Source: Felis catus
Lineage: Eukaryota
Assembly (NCBI RefSeq): GCF_018350175.1
Contig: NC_058372.1
Location: 151,404,001 to 151,468,000 of the forward strand
Direction: 5' to 3'
Length of the DNA: 64,000 bases
The position numbers and the translations under genes are program-made. The notes under the pieces were generated by a model, which worked only from the letters and a program-made list of their open reading frames with translations, did no database searches and was not told where the DNA came from. Each line of letters opens with the position of its first letter. The first letter of the stretch is position 1. This document shows, piece after piece, positions 1-10,850 of this stretch.

Positions 1-14
1 TTCCTGCTTTGCAG

Positions 15-145
15 AGGTCAGGCGTGTTTTCTGGGCCAAGCCCGGCGCTCTCGGCGCGGGGGAAGTGACCTCTTTTCCCTCTGCTTACCTACTGATGGCT
101 TCGCTGTGGAAACGGGACTCGCCTGGTGGCCCCTGCTGGCGCAGG
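15..145 (+). other. Candidate exon (coding or lncRNA), unknown gene
   Basis: Acceptor ttcctgctttgcag ends at 14; donor AGG|gtgagc at 146. The phase 1->0 frame is open (VRRVFWAKPG...GPCWRR) and compatible with 561-671. No homology recognised. Confidence 0.2.
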
Positions 146-560
146 GTGAGCTGCTGGGAGTAGCAGTGGAACTGGGGCTCATATAAACTGTAGAGTTCTG
201 TGTCCTCCACGGCCTCTGCCCACTCCCAGTCGTGGTCCCAGATTTGCCTGCCTCTCCCGACACTGAGGGCCGGCAGTGAGAGGCTCCGACACGGGCAGGG
301 CCCAGGGGTGGTTCCTGCTCAGGCCCCAGGCTCGCATCCTGAGGCCCAGGCTCCCCACCCTCATCAAGGCCTCTTCTTGAGGTGAACGGAGCAGACATCG
401 GTCCTTCTAACCCGAGGACGGCCATGTGGGAAGGGCGAGGCTGTGGGTATCTGGGCCGTGACCTTGCCCCTCCGGATGCCCCGGGCCCTGGGGGCTGCTC
501 TGAGCTGGCCTCCACCCTCGGGGACCTCAGCCCCCAGTTTTCCCTCTCTTCTGCTTCCAG

Positions 561-671
561 GCTGGGTCCCCGTGTCCTGTGGGGCTATTAAAATGGACAG
601 AATGGTTCTGTCCTCAGCAACGTGGGTGCTTTGTCAGTGACAGTAGTCAGAGTCCCCAACCGGAGAACCCG
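561..671 (+). other. Candidate exon (coding or lncRNA), unknown gene
   Basis: Strong polypyrimidine acceptor tttccctctcttctgcttccag; donor CCG|gtaaag; 111 nt; open in phase 0 (AGSPCPVGLLKWTEWFCPQQRGCFVSDSSQSPQPENP). Confidence 0.3.
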
Positions 672-1654
672 GTAAAGCCTCTGCCCATACCCTTTCGCTC
701 TGTTGGGCTCCCAGGCAGGGGCCGAGCCGGGGTTGCCCATTGGGCATCAGGCTCCAAGAGGAATCCCGCCCCCTGACTACCCTTACCGCTCCCCTGAGAG
801 AAGGAAGGCTCCATGGGGTTGGCCAAGGCCAAACGCAGCTGCACGGAGGGGCGGGAACCCGCCAGGGGCCAGTGGGAAAACATACGCCCCGGGACGTGGA
901 GCTACAATCCCTCCAAGACAACAGCCTGTGTCCTTCAAACGCCGGGCTGGAAACGAGGACAAGAAAGCTGCTGTCACCTGCTCCTCGGCAGAAGGTCCAG
1001 CAGCTGGCGAGACTGGAGCGTGGGCTTGGCACGGGCAGACTCGCAGGTGAGGGGCAGGAGCGAGGGGCCCCTGGGCTGGGCGCCCCAGGCCCTGCTCGGG
1101 AGGACGAGCTAACGCTTCCTGAGGAGGGAATTGTTCCCTCAAGAGCCTCCCCGTCTGGCTCCCATCCTTGCTCTGACGGTCCTCCACCGGTGGCCAGGGC
1201 CTCCTCTCGGCCCCCACGGGACCACCAGGCCTCGGCCCAGATACAGAGTCTGTTGGGCAGAGCACCGCTCCGCGCTCCCTGCGGGCTCACACAGCCTGTG
1301 AGTCACTTTTCTTTGCCTCGGTCTTCTGTGGTGTGCTACAGCATATTAACTTTTATTTATGTTACAGCATTAAAACCAGATGAAGCATCAATTGACCCAG
1401 TGGGGTGTCCTTTGGGGTTACATAGAAAATATTTTGAAAGGACTTTTTAAATGTCTTTTAACTAAAGCTCCAGATGGTGGTTAAAGATGTGGAGGGTATT
1501 CTGTACAAATCAAAAGGAATAACGGCAAAAACAAAACAACAACAACAAAAGAAACACATGAATGAATTTGTGTCAGGATCCATTTACTCATTAATGCAGA
1601 GAGCTTGGCTCTGCCTGTGGAGGAATCCGGTGAACACCCTCCATCTGGTTCCTA

Positions 1655-1835
1655 CTCACTCTTTAACCTGTGAACCTCACGCTTCTCCTTTATAAGATGG
1701 CGGAAACGGTCTTTTTGCAAGGTTATTTGCACACTTAGATAATGTCGATCTAAAAAGGGAGAAAGCTTGTATACGTAGTATCAGGCTAGAAATGGTGTAA
1801 AAGGGCTTGGCCCGTAAGTGTTCAATACACGTTGC
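1655..1835 (+). mobile_element. MIR SINE relic
   Basis: gaacctcacgcttctcctttataagatgg ... taagtgttcaatacacgtt resembles the MIR core and 3' end. Confidence 0.45.
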
Positions 1836-1904
1836 CGCCTGTTACTTCCAGTAAGACCACTGCAGTATGATGTTTGTTTAAGAATTATTGAATGTGGGTC
1901 CCGC

Positions 1905-2410
1905 AGAAAAGTCAGAACTAGTAATGTATTCAGCGGTATATGAAATCAACACGCAAAACTCATTTGTGTTTCCATACTAATAACGAACAATTTGAAAAGG
2001 AAATAAATCAAAACATCCATTTACAATATCACCACAAAGGAATAAACTACCTAGGCATAAACTTAACCAAGGAGGCCAAAGACTTAGACACTGAAAACCG
2101 CAAACGTCTCCCAAAGAAAGAGAAGCTATAATCTACATGGACGGAAAGCCACCTGTGTTCACGGATCTGAAAAATTAACATTGTCGTGATGTCAATACTA
2201 CGCAAAGCAACCTGCAGATTTAATGCAATCTCTACCAAAATCTCAGTGGTAATTTTTTGTGTAAATAGAAAAATTCACCCCCAAATCCGTATAGAGTCTC
2301 CAGGAACCCCAAAGAACTAAAACGATCCTGGAAAAGGGCAGCCGGAGGACTCACACTTCCTGGTTTCAGAACTTACTATAAAGCTGCGGTAATCAAAACA
2401 GCGTGGCACA
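1905..2410 (+). mobile_element. Old LINE-1 ORF2 (reverse transcriptase region) fragment
   Basis: Translates to the L1 ORF2 motif INYLGINLTKEAKDL; also carries typical L1 DNA (gatttaatgcaatctctaccaaaat, ggaggactcacacttcctggtttcagaacttactataaagc). Stops and frameshifts present. May continue, highly degraded, to ~3010. Confidence 0.9.
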
Positions 2411-4864
2411 CGGGTGCAAACAGGGGAGCGACAGCCCTGAGGACGGCGGCCCCGCAGAAGGAGCGCCCCCTGGTCCCCCTGTCGGTAGCGCTGAGGCCAA
2501 GGACCCTGGGCAGGAACAGCCTCGTGAACTGGGAACAGCCACCAAAGCAAGGTCGCCCGGAAGGATTTCCCGCAGGAGGCGAGGCTGAAATTCCTCCAGA
2601 GCCTGGCAAAAAAACGTTTCTCGGCAAGCAAACGCCTGCAACCCGCTCTCCCTCGGGCAGAGGACGGGCTGTAGCACACGCAGAACTAGCATTGTGCAGA
2701 AAAATGCTTCCGACTGGGTGGCTCCCAGCAAGGCTGTTGTGTCCTTTTCAGCCCGTGCTGTTTTCACAAGGTGCGAGGAGCCCGTGCAGCGAGGAAGCCC
2801 AGCGCCACGTCTTAGAGACGGCGGGGAAGGAGGCGCCGTCTGCCCCGGCAGGACGGCCTCCTCAACGCCGCTGCGTGGCCCCCGGAGGGGCACGGTCGGA
2901 GGTGGGGACGCCGGCAGGAAGCGTCAGTGCACCGCCAGGACCAGGGATCCGCAAGAAAACCACCGGTCTCGTGCACGCCTGCTGTAATTTTAGCGATAAA
3001 AATTTTACAAGTGCGACAAGCAGATGGTCACAAGCAAGTCAATGCACCTCGGTCCCCGAGTCAGGGTCCCTGGCCGCCTGGGATCCTCCAGGGTGGCATT
3101 TCTGTGGAACAATGGCCCCACAGGAAGGGGAACCTCCGGGCGAAACCCTGGAGGGCTGCCTGGGAGAACGTTCACGTGACAAAGGGTCAGCCCCCCGGGG
3201 ACTGACTGGGCAGACGCCGAGGCCGCTCTGTCTTGTGCTTCAAGAAGCGTCTTCACTCTGGCTTGTGACTAAGCAGCAAGAGTTTATGCCCCAAAGAGAC
3301 GTTGTTTGTAATCGTGCACCCCGGTTACCCTAGAAATCTCTCAAACGGTTTCTGTATACCAGCAGATGCCGGACCCCATCCCCACCGCCCACAGGCCCTG
3401 TTCCATGAAGGGTAGAAGGCCAGGATCACCCGCGTCCCTCGCACTGATTACTGCTAATTAAGCTGCAGCCAGGAGCAGGTCTTGTGTTTGCCCTCGGCCT
3501 TTTAATCTCCTAACGGGTGTGTGCCGTGCAGACGGCCACAGGCAAATACCGATTTGCACGGCACAGCCGAGTGGCCAGAGCAGCTCAGACCTGCCTGGGG
3601 ACAAGGGGCTGGCGGGCCACGCAGGCACGGAGGGGTCAGGGAGACACCAGGAGAAGCAGAACGTGGTCCGTGGTGGACACACAACTGGGGCGCCCGCAGC
3701 TCTAGCGTGACGGGAGACGGGTCTGGGACGGGTCGAGACCACTGAGTGGTGGATTTCTAGAAATGAGGCTGGGGTGCATAAAACACAGGAGAGCCAGCCC
3801 GCGACGTTCAGGTCTACTCTGAGCATAATGTGCGTTACTCTGTTCTCCGTATGGCTTCAGGTCAGCAGGTGTCCTGCTCTCAATGCCACGGACACGCCAG
3901 ACAAGTCATTTCTTAGAGGATTTGTCTCCAAACGTCTCTCTCTCGGGCCTGCCGGCTTGCTCATCTAAAGAGCGTGGTACAAGGGGTGTAAGGGATTTGA
4001 GTTCTTGGTGTCGCCTTCCTGGGAACCCTTGAGGGAAACTCACAGGTGTGGCGTTATCTGGAGGTACGGGACCCCGACACACACACCCCGCCCCCGGCAT
4101 TATCAGACCACCGCACGTGTCCACCGCAAGGGGCAGCCAAGAGCTTGTCAGACGCCCCACTTGGGGGAGGATTTGGCCGTGCACATTTTTAGCTTGGTGG
4201 AATGTTGAGGGTTTCATGGGCCGAGTCCGGGAGACCTGCGTGAGAAAGTCCCGGAAGATACTGAGCCTGGGGTAGAGAGGATTAGCGTTCCTGGGAAGAG
4301 AGGGTCGCCGAGAAAGAGAAGCCGGTGACGGAATGGGGGCTAGGTGCAGTTCAGTTTGTTCCCACATCTGGTATGTTTCTAATGAAGTGAGAGAAGCTTC
4401 TGGAATCCTGGGAGTCAGAATGGGCCATGCAGGCTGGGGTGGGAACCTTCAGCTTCCTGAAGCTCCGCCCGGATCCCAACCCACTCCCAGAGGCCGGTTT
4501 CAGTTAAAACTGGCCTCCAGGCAACCTTAGTTATCACTTGGATCTCTGAACTTGTATTAGGTACAGAATCGAAGTTTTTAAAATTAAATTTGTGTGAATG
4601 CATCGGATTCAGACCATAAGAAAAACGTGTTTTAAACGGGGTTAATGGGTCACTTTCTTTCAGGCGAAAATCAGGGATTTAGGGACATTTTGAACGAATG
4701 CTCCGAAGAGCTGATACATGGGAGCACGACATCGTCGGGCACGAACGTTCGGCTGCTTGTACACGGGCCCGTTCTGTCACCAATATGTCTAACGTTATCT
4801 GAAAGCAAACATGTTTGGGCACCAAATATATTTCTCTTCCTTGTCATTTCTATGTCCAGAAATG

Positions 4865-5003
4865 GCTGGATTCCTAGCTAACAGGACATCATCTTCATGA
4901 GAACAAGAACTTTGTCGTGCTCATTCAGACATGTATTCTTAGTTCCTAAAACTGTGGTTGACACCTAATAATTACTCAGTAAATACTGCTGAGTAATAAA
5001 TGA
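4865..5003 (+). mobile_element. LINE-2 3' end relic
   Basis: cttcatgagaacaagaactttgtc ... ctcagtaaatactgctgagtaataaatga matches the layout of the L2 3' terminus. Confidence 0.6.
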
Positions 5004-5787
5004 GGCACACCTACCAACACACACACCGTGAGACTTGTCTCTTGATGCCTGGGAGGAGCAGAGAGTGACCGTAACCTGTCTGTCCTCCCCTGTGTAGACT
5101 TTTATGGAATAGAAGCGGCAATTTGGCTCCCTTCTACAATTTCTTCCCCAAAAGCTGTAGCTATAAAGTCGTTCATGACATGCCACCAAGGGAGAACATT
5201 AGGCCACACCGTAGGATAGAAGGTACAATCCCGCATTGGTTCAAACACACACACAGCCCGGAAAACCACTGGGAGAATAGACACCCAGGTGCTGGCAGTG
5301 TTAACAGACTTTTCTTCCCCTGATTCTGCATGTCGGCATTTTCTAACTGTTTATCCACGCGAATGCGCCGCTTTTGTCTTGGGAAGCCGACCGTGTGTGA
5401 TCACAGAGGTGGGTGTGGGCGTCGACGGCAGCCGTGCCCTCTCGGATGTCCGCAGGCCCAGCTCTGAGCCCCGCGCTGCCTGCCCCAGTGTCCCACCTTT
5501 TCTCTTCAGGGATTCAGCTTCCCCTGACTAGGAATTCAGCTGGGTCCTCGCCCCTGCGCTCACAGAAGCTAAGCGGGCACACGAGGCCCCGAGGAGGAGC
5601 CCCCCTCTCCCTGTGCACATGGCTCCAGCTGCCCTTTCCCGGGGTCTCTTCTGACCCCCCAGCCCCCGCCCCAAGGATTGGACACCTGCTGTGGGCCTCA
5701 CACCCTCTGCTTCCTCTGCTCTGTGGGCACCTCCTTGTCGGCAGGGTACTTGGCAGCCTTCCCCTGAGCTGAATGACCTGGGTCAGG

Positions 5788-5895
5788 CAGAGGAGGGAGG
5801 AAGAGGGAATAAAAGTGGGGGGAGGGGAGGGCAAGGGAGGGGGAGGGGGAGAGAGGAGGAGGAGGAATGAGCCGCAGAAGAAGGAGGAGGGAGGC
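5788..5895. repeat. GA-rich low-complexity tract
   Basis: Runs of gga/ggg/gag. Confidence 0.8.
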
Positions 5896-6478
5896 GGGAA
5901 ACTGAACAGGATTCTTTCCCTCAGCGAGTCCTCTGAGCCGGGCTCTGGGCACGCAGCACTGAGTGAGAAGCCCCGGCCCCGGCCCGCAGGCACCGGCAGC
6001 TTTTGACCAATGATTCACACCATCGCTCCTTCACAGCGCAGTGGAAACTGCCCCAGAGAAGAGGGCTGGGAGGCCGGGTGGCGAGGGCCTCTGCCCGGAG
6101 GGGCTTCTGCACTGAGCTGAGACCCCCACACTCTCTGAGCTGTGCCCAGGGGTCACTTTGTCCACAGGAGCGTCTGAGAGAAGGAATAAGGAGTGTCCCG
6201 TCCATTCTGGGACGCACCCCTGCCAACCAGGACAGCCATCCAACGGCCGGGGACTGCACATCCCCTCTGAGGGTGTGGCCTTCCCCACCCACTCCAGAGT
6301 GACGTGGGACCTGTTCTCAAGGACGCACAGGCACACCGGGAAGCCATTGTCAGTGGGCAGGAGAGGTCACAGGGCAACGGGTGAGGCCCTCTGGCTGCAC
6401 CGGAGGCTTCCCTGATGGAGGAAGCTGCTCCTTTCCACCGCGTCTCCCCAAAGAACATTCCTAATTTGCTCCTGGCAG

Positions 6479-6838
6479 AGAGACAAACAACACATCGATC
6501 CTGCCAACGGGGAGGAGAAGAGGCAACACCTTGAGGTGACAGTGGACCCTGTTTGCTTGGTCGTGAATGTGAGCGCCGCAGCGGCAGCTCTCGTAACCCA
6601 AAACTGGAACACGAAGGACAGAACTGACTCAGCCTGTGACAGCACAGCCTGTGACAGCAGCGCCTTGCTACCGAAACGGCCACCAATAAGCCAGGACGTG
6701 AGAAGACCCGCCCACAAAAGGGCTGAGCCAGCAGCAGCCACTGTCATCCCCGGCAGCGACATCACCCGTGTCCGCGGGGGCAGGACCGGCACATCCCAGG
6801 AGCACGCACAGGACTCGGTGACACGTCCTAGAGCGTGA
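6479..6838 (+). other. Candidate terminal exon/ORF, unknown product
   Basis: Acceptor ctaatttgctcctggcag followed by 119 open codons (RDKQHIDPANGEEKRQHLEVTVDPV...RPRA*). Contains a frame-preserving 15-nt duplication (cagcctgtgacagca x2). No homology recognised. Confidence 0.2.
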
Positions 6839-6919
6839 ACTGCCTGGGCCGCAAATGGTAACAGGAATCTACATAGTCACATGCGTCAGCCACCTCGGGC
6901 CATGAAGTAAGGGTTGTCC

Positions 6920-7225
6920 TCCCTCGGTGACTGTGGAGGCCGAGGGTTTCTCCACCCAGAGTGACTGTGGAGGGCAGGGATTCTGCTCGCTCAGTGACTG
7001 GGGAGGACGTGGGATTCTCCCCCCTCAGTGACTGGGGAGGATGTGGGATTCTCCCCCCCCCCCCCCCCCCCGTCATCTCTGTGTAGGATGAGGATTTCTT
7101 CTCCCTCAGTGACTTTGGAGGCCGAGGGTTTCTCCACCCAGAGTGGCTGGGGAGGACAGGGATTCCCTTCCTTCGGTGGCTGTGCAATACGAGGAAGTCT
7201 CTTCCGTCGGTGACTATGGATGAGC
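6920..7225. repeat. Minisatellite, ~34-bp unit, ~9 degenerate copies, with a C19 run
   Basis: Repeated cagtgactggggagga.gtgggattctcccc-type units; poly-C at 7053-7071. Confidence 0.85.
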
Positions 7226-9049
7226 CTGAGTTTGAATTGTAGCTCTACTACCCCCCAACTCTGTGGCCACGGGCAAGGCGGTGCGCTCCTGCCTGGCTTC
7301 AGGCTTCTCATCGACGACACCGTCGTGATGCGAGTCCTTGGCCGCAGGCTCCCGAGGGAGATCGTGGAGGCGATGCAGAGTGCTGCAGACCACGACAGCA
7401 CACGTGCAGGGAGCGTTAGTTAGACAGACTCCGTCCACGGAACAAAGGTTGGTTAGATCACGGCGAACCGAAAGGCAAAGGCGTCTCTCCGTGGCGAGTG
7501 CTGTTGGAGGGCCGGCCGAGGCTTCTAGCGAAGCCAGCGCCCTGGCAGATTCCGGTTGAGGTCTGCTCCGTCATTGTCCTGCAGCAGAGTTGGATGCATC
7601 TGGGACGTCTGAGAGACCGATGTGGCCACTGCTTTGGGGTTTTTAGGAAATTCCCTCAGAGACCCGGTGCCTCGTTTTCCTCCGTTGCCTCTACTTAGCT
7701 CTCGGGTCTGTACCCCATACACACTGGCATCGCGGGGTCCACGACGTTGTGACTCACGAGGAGGCCTCTCACTGCGCCTAGAGAATCGGAGAGGAAGGGT
7801 CACTTTGCCGTCGATTTTTTTCCCTAATGGTGTTGAAACCCTCTCCCTTCTCCTTTCTCCTTTTTCGTTCAGACCCTCGCGGGTGCTTCCACGCTTTCCC
7901 TCTCTCTCCCACTGCTTTTGGGGGGGAGGGCTCTTCCTGTCCTCTCCCCCCAGCCCCGTCTCCGTCCTCCCTCTGCAAATGTGGCTCCGCGCCCTCCGCG
8001 GCTTCTCTCCCCCAGCTCACCTCTCCGCGCCGCGCACCTGCCGAGTTCCGGGGCTGAAGCTGTGCAGATTGCTGTGTCCTTGGTCCGCGGATCAGTTTTC
8101 TAGCGTGCGGGATGGCTTGAGGCTGATCTGGCTGCGTTTCAGGGACGAGAGGAGCCGAGAGCTTACATGCCTGCCGCTCAGCCATCTTCTTCTTTTCTTT
8201 TTTCTTTTCTGCGATCCCTGCCATCGCACAGGTGGCGTGGGGTACAGGTGACCGAGAGAAGGCGTAGGTCACTTCCTCAGGAAACCCACAGGCAGCGGGA
8301 GAGGCAGTGAGCTCGCAGGACGCGGCAAGTGCCTGGATCCTTGCCATGTTTGCAGCCACCGGGCCCAGGGCAAGGGAGGGTGGCCCCCGAAAGACCCAGC
8401 CGCCAGGATCAGGGGCGAGCCGGAGGGTGAGGGTAAGGGCTCCTCTGGCACGCAGGGAACTGGAGAGAGTCCCGGGGGCTGACAGCCACTTCTCGTGGAA
8501 AGAGCCAGACACGAAGGACCTCACAGCCTTCACTTTATACCTGAGGACCGCGGGGGCTGCTGAAGGGTATTTATGGTGAGGAGAGGCATGTCTGGGTCTA
8601 GGTCAACTGCAGTGAGATGCCGTGCAAGGTGACAAGGCAGAAGCTGAGACCGGCAGTGACGCAGAGACATGTGACCGAGGCAGCAGGGCTGTGAGGCTGC
8701 CGGCGGAGCTGAGTGATGTCGTGGGGATGACAGACTCAGGGGCCCCAGGTACTGACAGGGGTGCACTGAGGCCACCAAGCCCAGGGTCCCCAAGGGCAGG
8801 AGAGACTGGCAGGGCCCACAGGGAGCCTTTCAGTGGGCAGGGGGGTCAGGCCCTCTGACCTTGCCCTCCCCTCCCCAGGCGAAGACACTCCCTTGTCAGT
8901 GCTGGCCGACTCTTGGGTGCCAGTCCCCAGCTCCCTCACCAAGGCCGCGCCCCGGGGCCAACCAAGAGGTCAGGGCCCCCACCCTCTTGGCCACCGGGCT
9001 TGCAGCAGACCTCGTCTGACCCCCATTAGGCCTGAGGCACAATTCTCAG

Positions 9050-9335
9050 AACTATTCCTGCTTCAAGTTCCTTGTACAACCGTCCCTCACCCGGGACATT
9101 CAGCCCTCGGTTCCCCACCAAACGCTTGCTAACACTTCAGGTCTTCGTGAATATCTCTCTTCACGAAGGCCTTGCCCTGCCCCAAACCTAAATTGGGTCC
9201 CCCGTGACGAAACCTATACTTGGCCTTCATGGCGCGTAAGGCAATGTGCAATTATGCCTTTGGGTGTGTGGTTATCTGTTTTATATTTAGCTTCCTACTA
9301 GACTGCCATGTGCACGGGGCGGGACCCCTGAGCCC
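9050..9335 (+). mobile_element. LINE-2 3' region relic
   Basis: cttcaggtctt...gaaggccttgccctg ... ttcctactagactgccatgtgcacggggcgggacc follows the L2 3' pattern. Confidence 0.55.
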
Positions 9336-10302
9336 GGCGCCCAGCGCCGACTTCCCGCAGATGCTGGGTGACCTCTGTGCAACACTGGAGGCGCGGTGGC
9401 AGGTGAGGGAGAGGAGGAGCTGGCGCCCAGGTTCCGGCGGCTGACGGTGCCCAGGCCGTTGGCACGTGGGGGACAAGTCTGGAGGGAAGACGCACCGAGA
9501 GACGAGAGAGGTCCAGACTGCTGAAGGGCCACGACGTCCAATCTTTCCATCCTGTTCGTGCATTTTTGTGATAGTAAAACCACATTTGGAGGATAACACC
9601 GAAAATGAAAATCGGAGCTTGCCCTGAGGGCACGCCGCCCTCGCCAGTCCCCGAGGCCCTGGGATGGCGTGGGGCCATCTCTGCCCCGGAGAGCAGAGTC
9701 CCACAGGCTCCAGCCCCTCCTGCTGAGTGCAGCCAAGTGTCCTGTGGGGAGGTTGGGGCCTCCGGCGCACTGCTGCCCCCAGCAGCGAGTCTCAGAAACT
9801 GTGTATTTCGGGAGGTGGGCCCGAAAGCGTGGCAGGTAGCGAGGGCAGCGGCCGCATCGAGCGCCGTCCCTCTGCCCGCGAATGCTGTGGGGGTGGAGGG
9901 CCGGCGGTCCCTGCACACGCCTGCTGAGTACGCAGCTTTCCTTGAGTCCGCTGCAGACTACTTCGACATGGGAACGACATTCTGGTCTCTCTGGAGCTCA
10001 GTCTTCAACAAGAGAAGAATGTTGCACAGGTTTTGGGGGAAGATACACAAAAATAATTACGTGTCTCTAGTGAGTCCGAAGAGTACAAATGGTCCAGAAT
10101 CTGAGACTGGTTCTGCATATTCTATAATACGTCATCTGGGTGCTGCAGGACTGGGGCACTGACAGACTCCATAGGCATTGGGGTACCTCACTTCACAACT
10201 GCTTGAGAAGATAGCAAACTCGCCTGCAGTGGTTTTCAGTACGGATCTCATGACCGTGCTGTCCCCGAACAAGCACCACAAACTACTACACCTTGTCTTT
10301 CT

Positions 10303-10755
10303 CCCCATCTATGCATCCCTATGTCCACCTATCCACCCATCTATCCATTACCTGTCCACCTACCCATTCTTACATCCATCTATGCATCCCTATGTCCATC
10401 TACCCATCCATATATCCATCTACCCATCCATACACCCACCTACCCATCAATACACACGTTGACCCATTGTATGTCCATCTACCCACCCATCCATCCATCT
10501 ATCCATCCCTATGTCTATCTACCCATCCATATATCCATCTACCCACCATACATCCACCTACCCATCAATACACACGTTGACCCATTGTATGTCCAGCTGC
10601 CCAACCACACAGCCATCTCTCCATCATCTGTCCATCTCCCTATCCGTATGGCCATCTATCCAGTCCTATGTCCATTGACCCACCTATACAACCAGCTACC
10701 CATCACATGTCCATTTATCCATCTATACAACCACCTCTCCATCCAACACATACCT
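10303..10755. repeat. (CCAT)n-like degenerate microsatellite with internal ~118-bp duplication
   Basis: atcc/ccat repeats; the block cacctacccatcaatacacacgttgacccattgtatgtcca occurs twice. Confidence 0.9.
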
Positions 10756-10850
10756 ATGGAGCACTTATTATGAGTGGTGCTTGCTGCTTAAGACCCAGTG
10801 GAGAACTTCCTTACCCTCAGATCATACATTCTAGTGGGAGAGACAAGGAA
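10750..10850 (-). mobile_element. LINE-2 3' end, antisense
   Basis: tatggagcacttattatgagt ... ccctcagatcatacattctagtgggagagacaag resembles the reverse complement of the L2 terminus. Confidence 0.6.

Noticed and set aside
740-1450. 236-aa plus-strand ORF overlapped by a 218-aa minus-strand ORF
   Set aside because: Non-ATG start, GC-driven openness on both strands, no domain recognised.
7220-7423. Protein-looking ORF (FRLLIDDTVVMRVLGRRLPREIVEAMQ)
   Set aside because: Short, with no convincing splice sites or recognisable family; consistent with chance.
9139-9172. 13-bp hairpin (cttcgtgaa...ttcacgaag core) as a miRNA precursor
   Set aside because: Too short for a pre-miRNA, and it lies inside an L2 relic.
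10178-10773. Pro/His/Ile/Tyr-rich ORFs
   Set aside because: Mostly translation of the (CCAT)n array.
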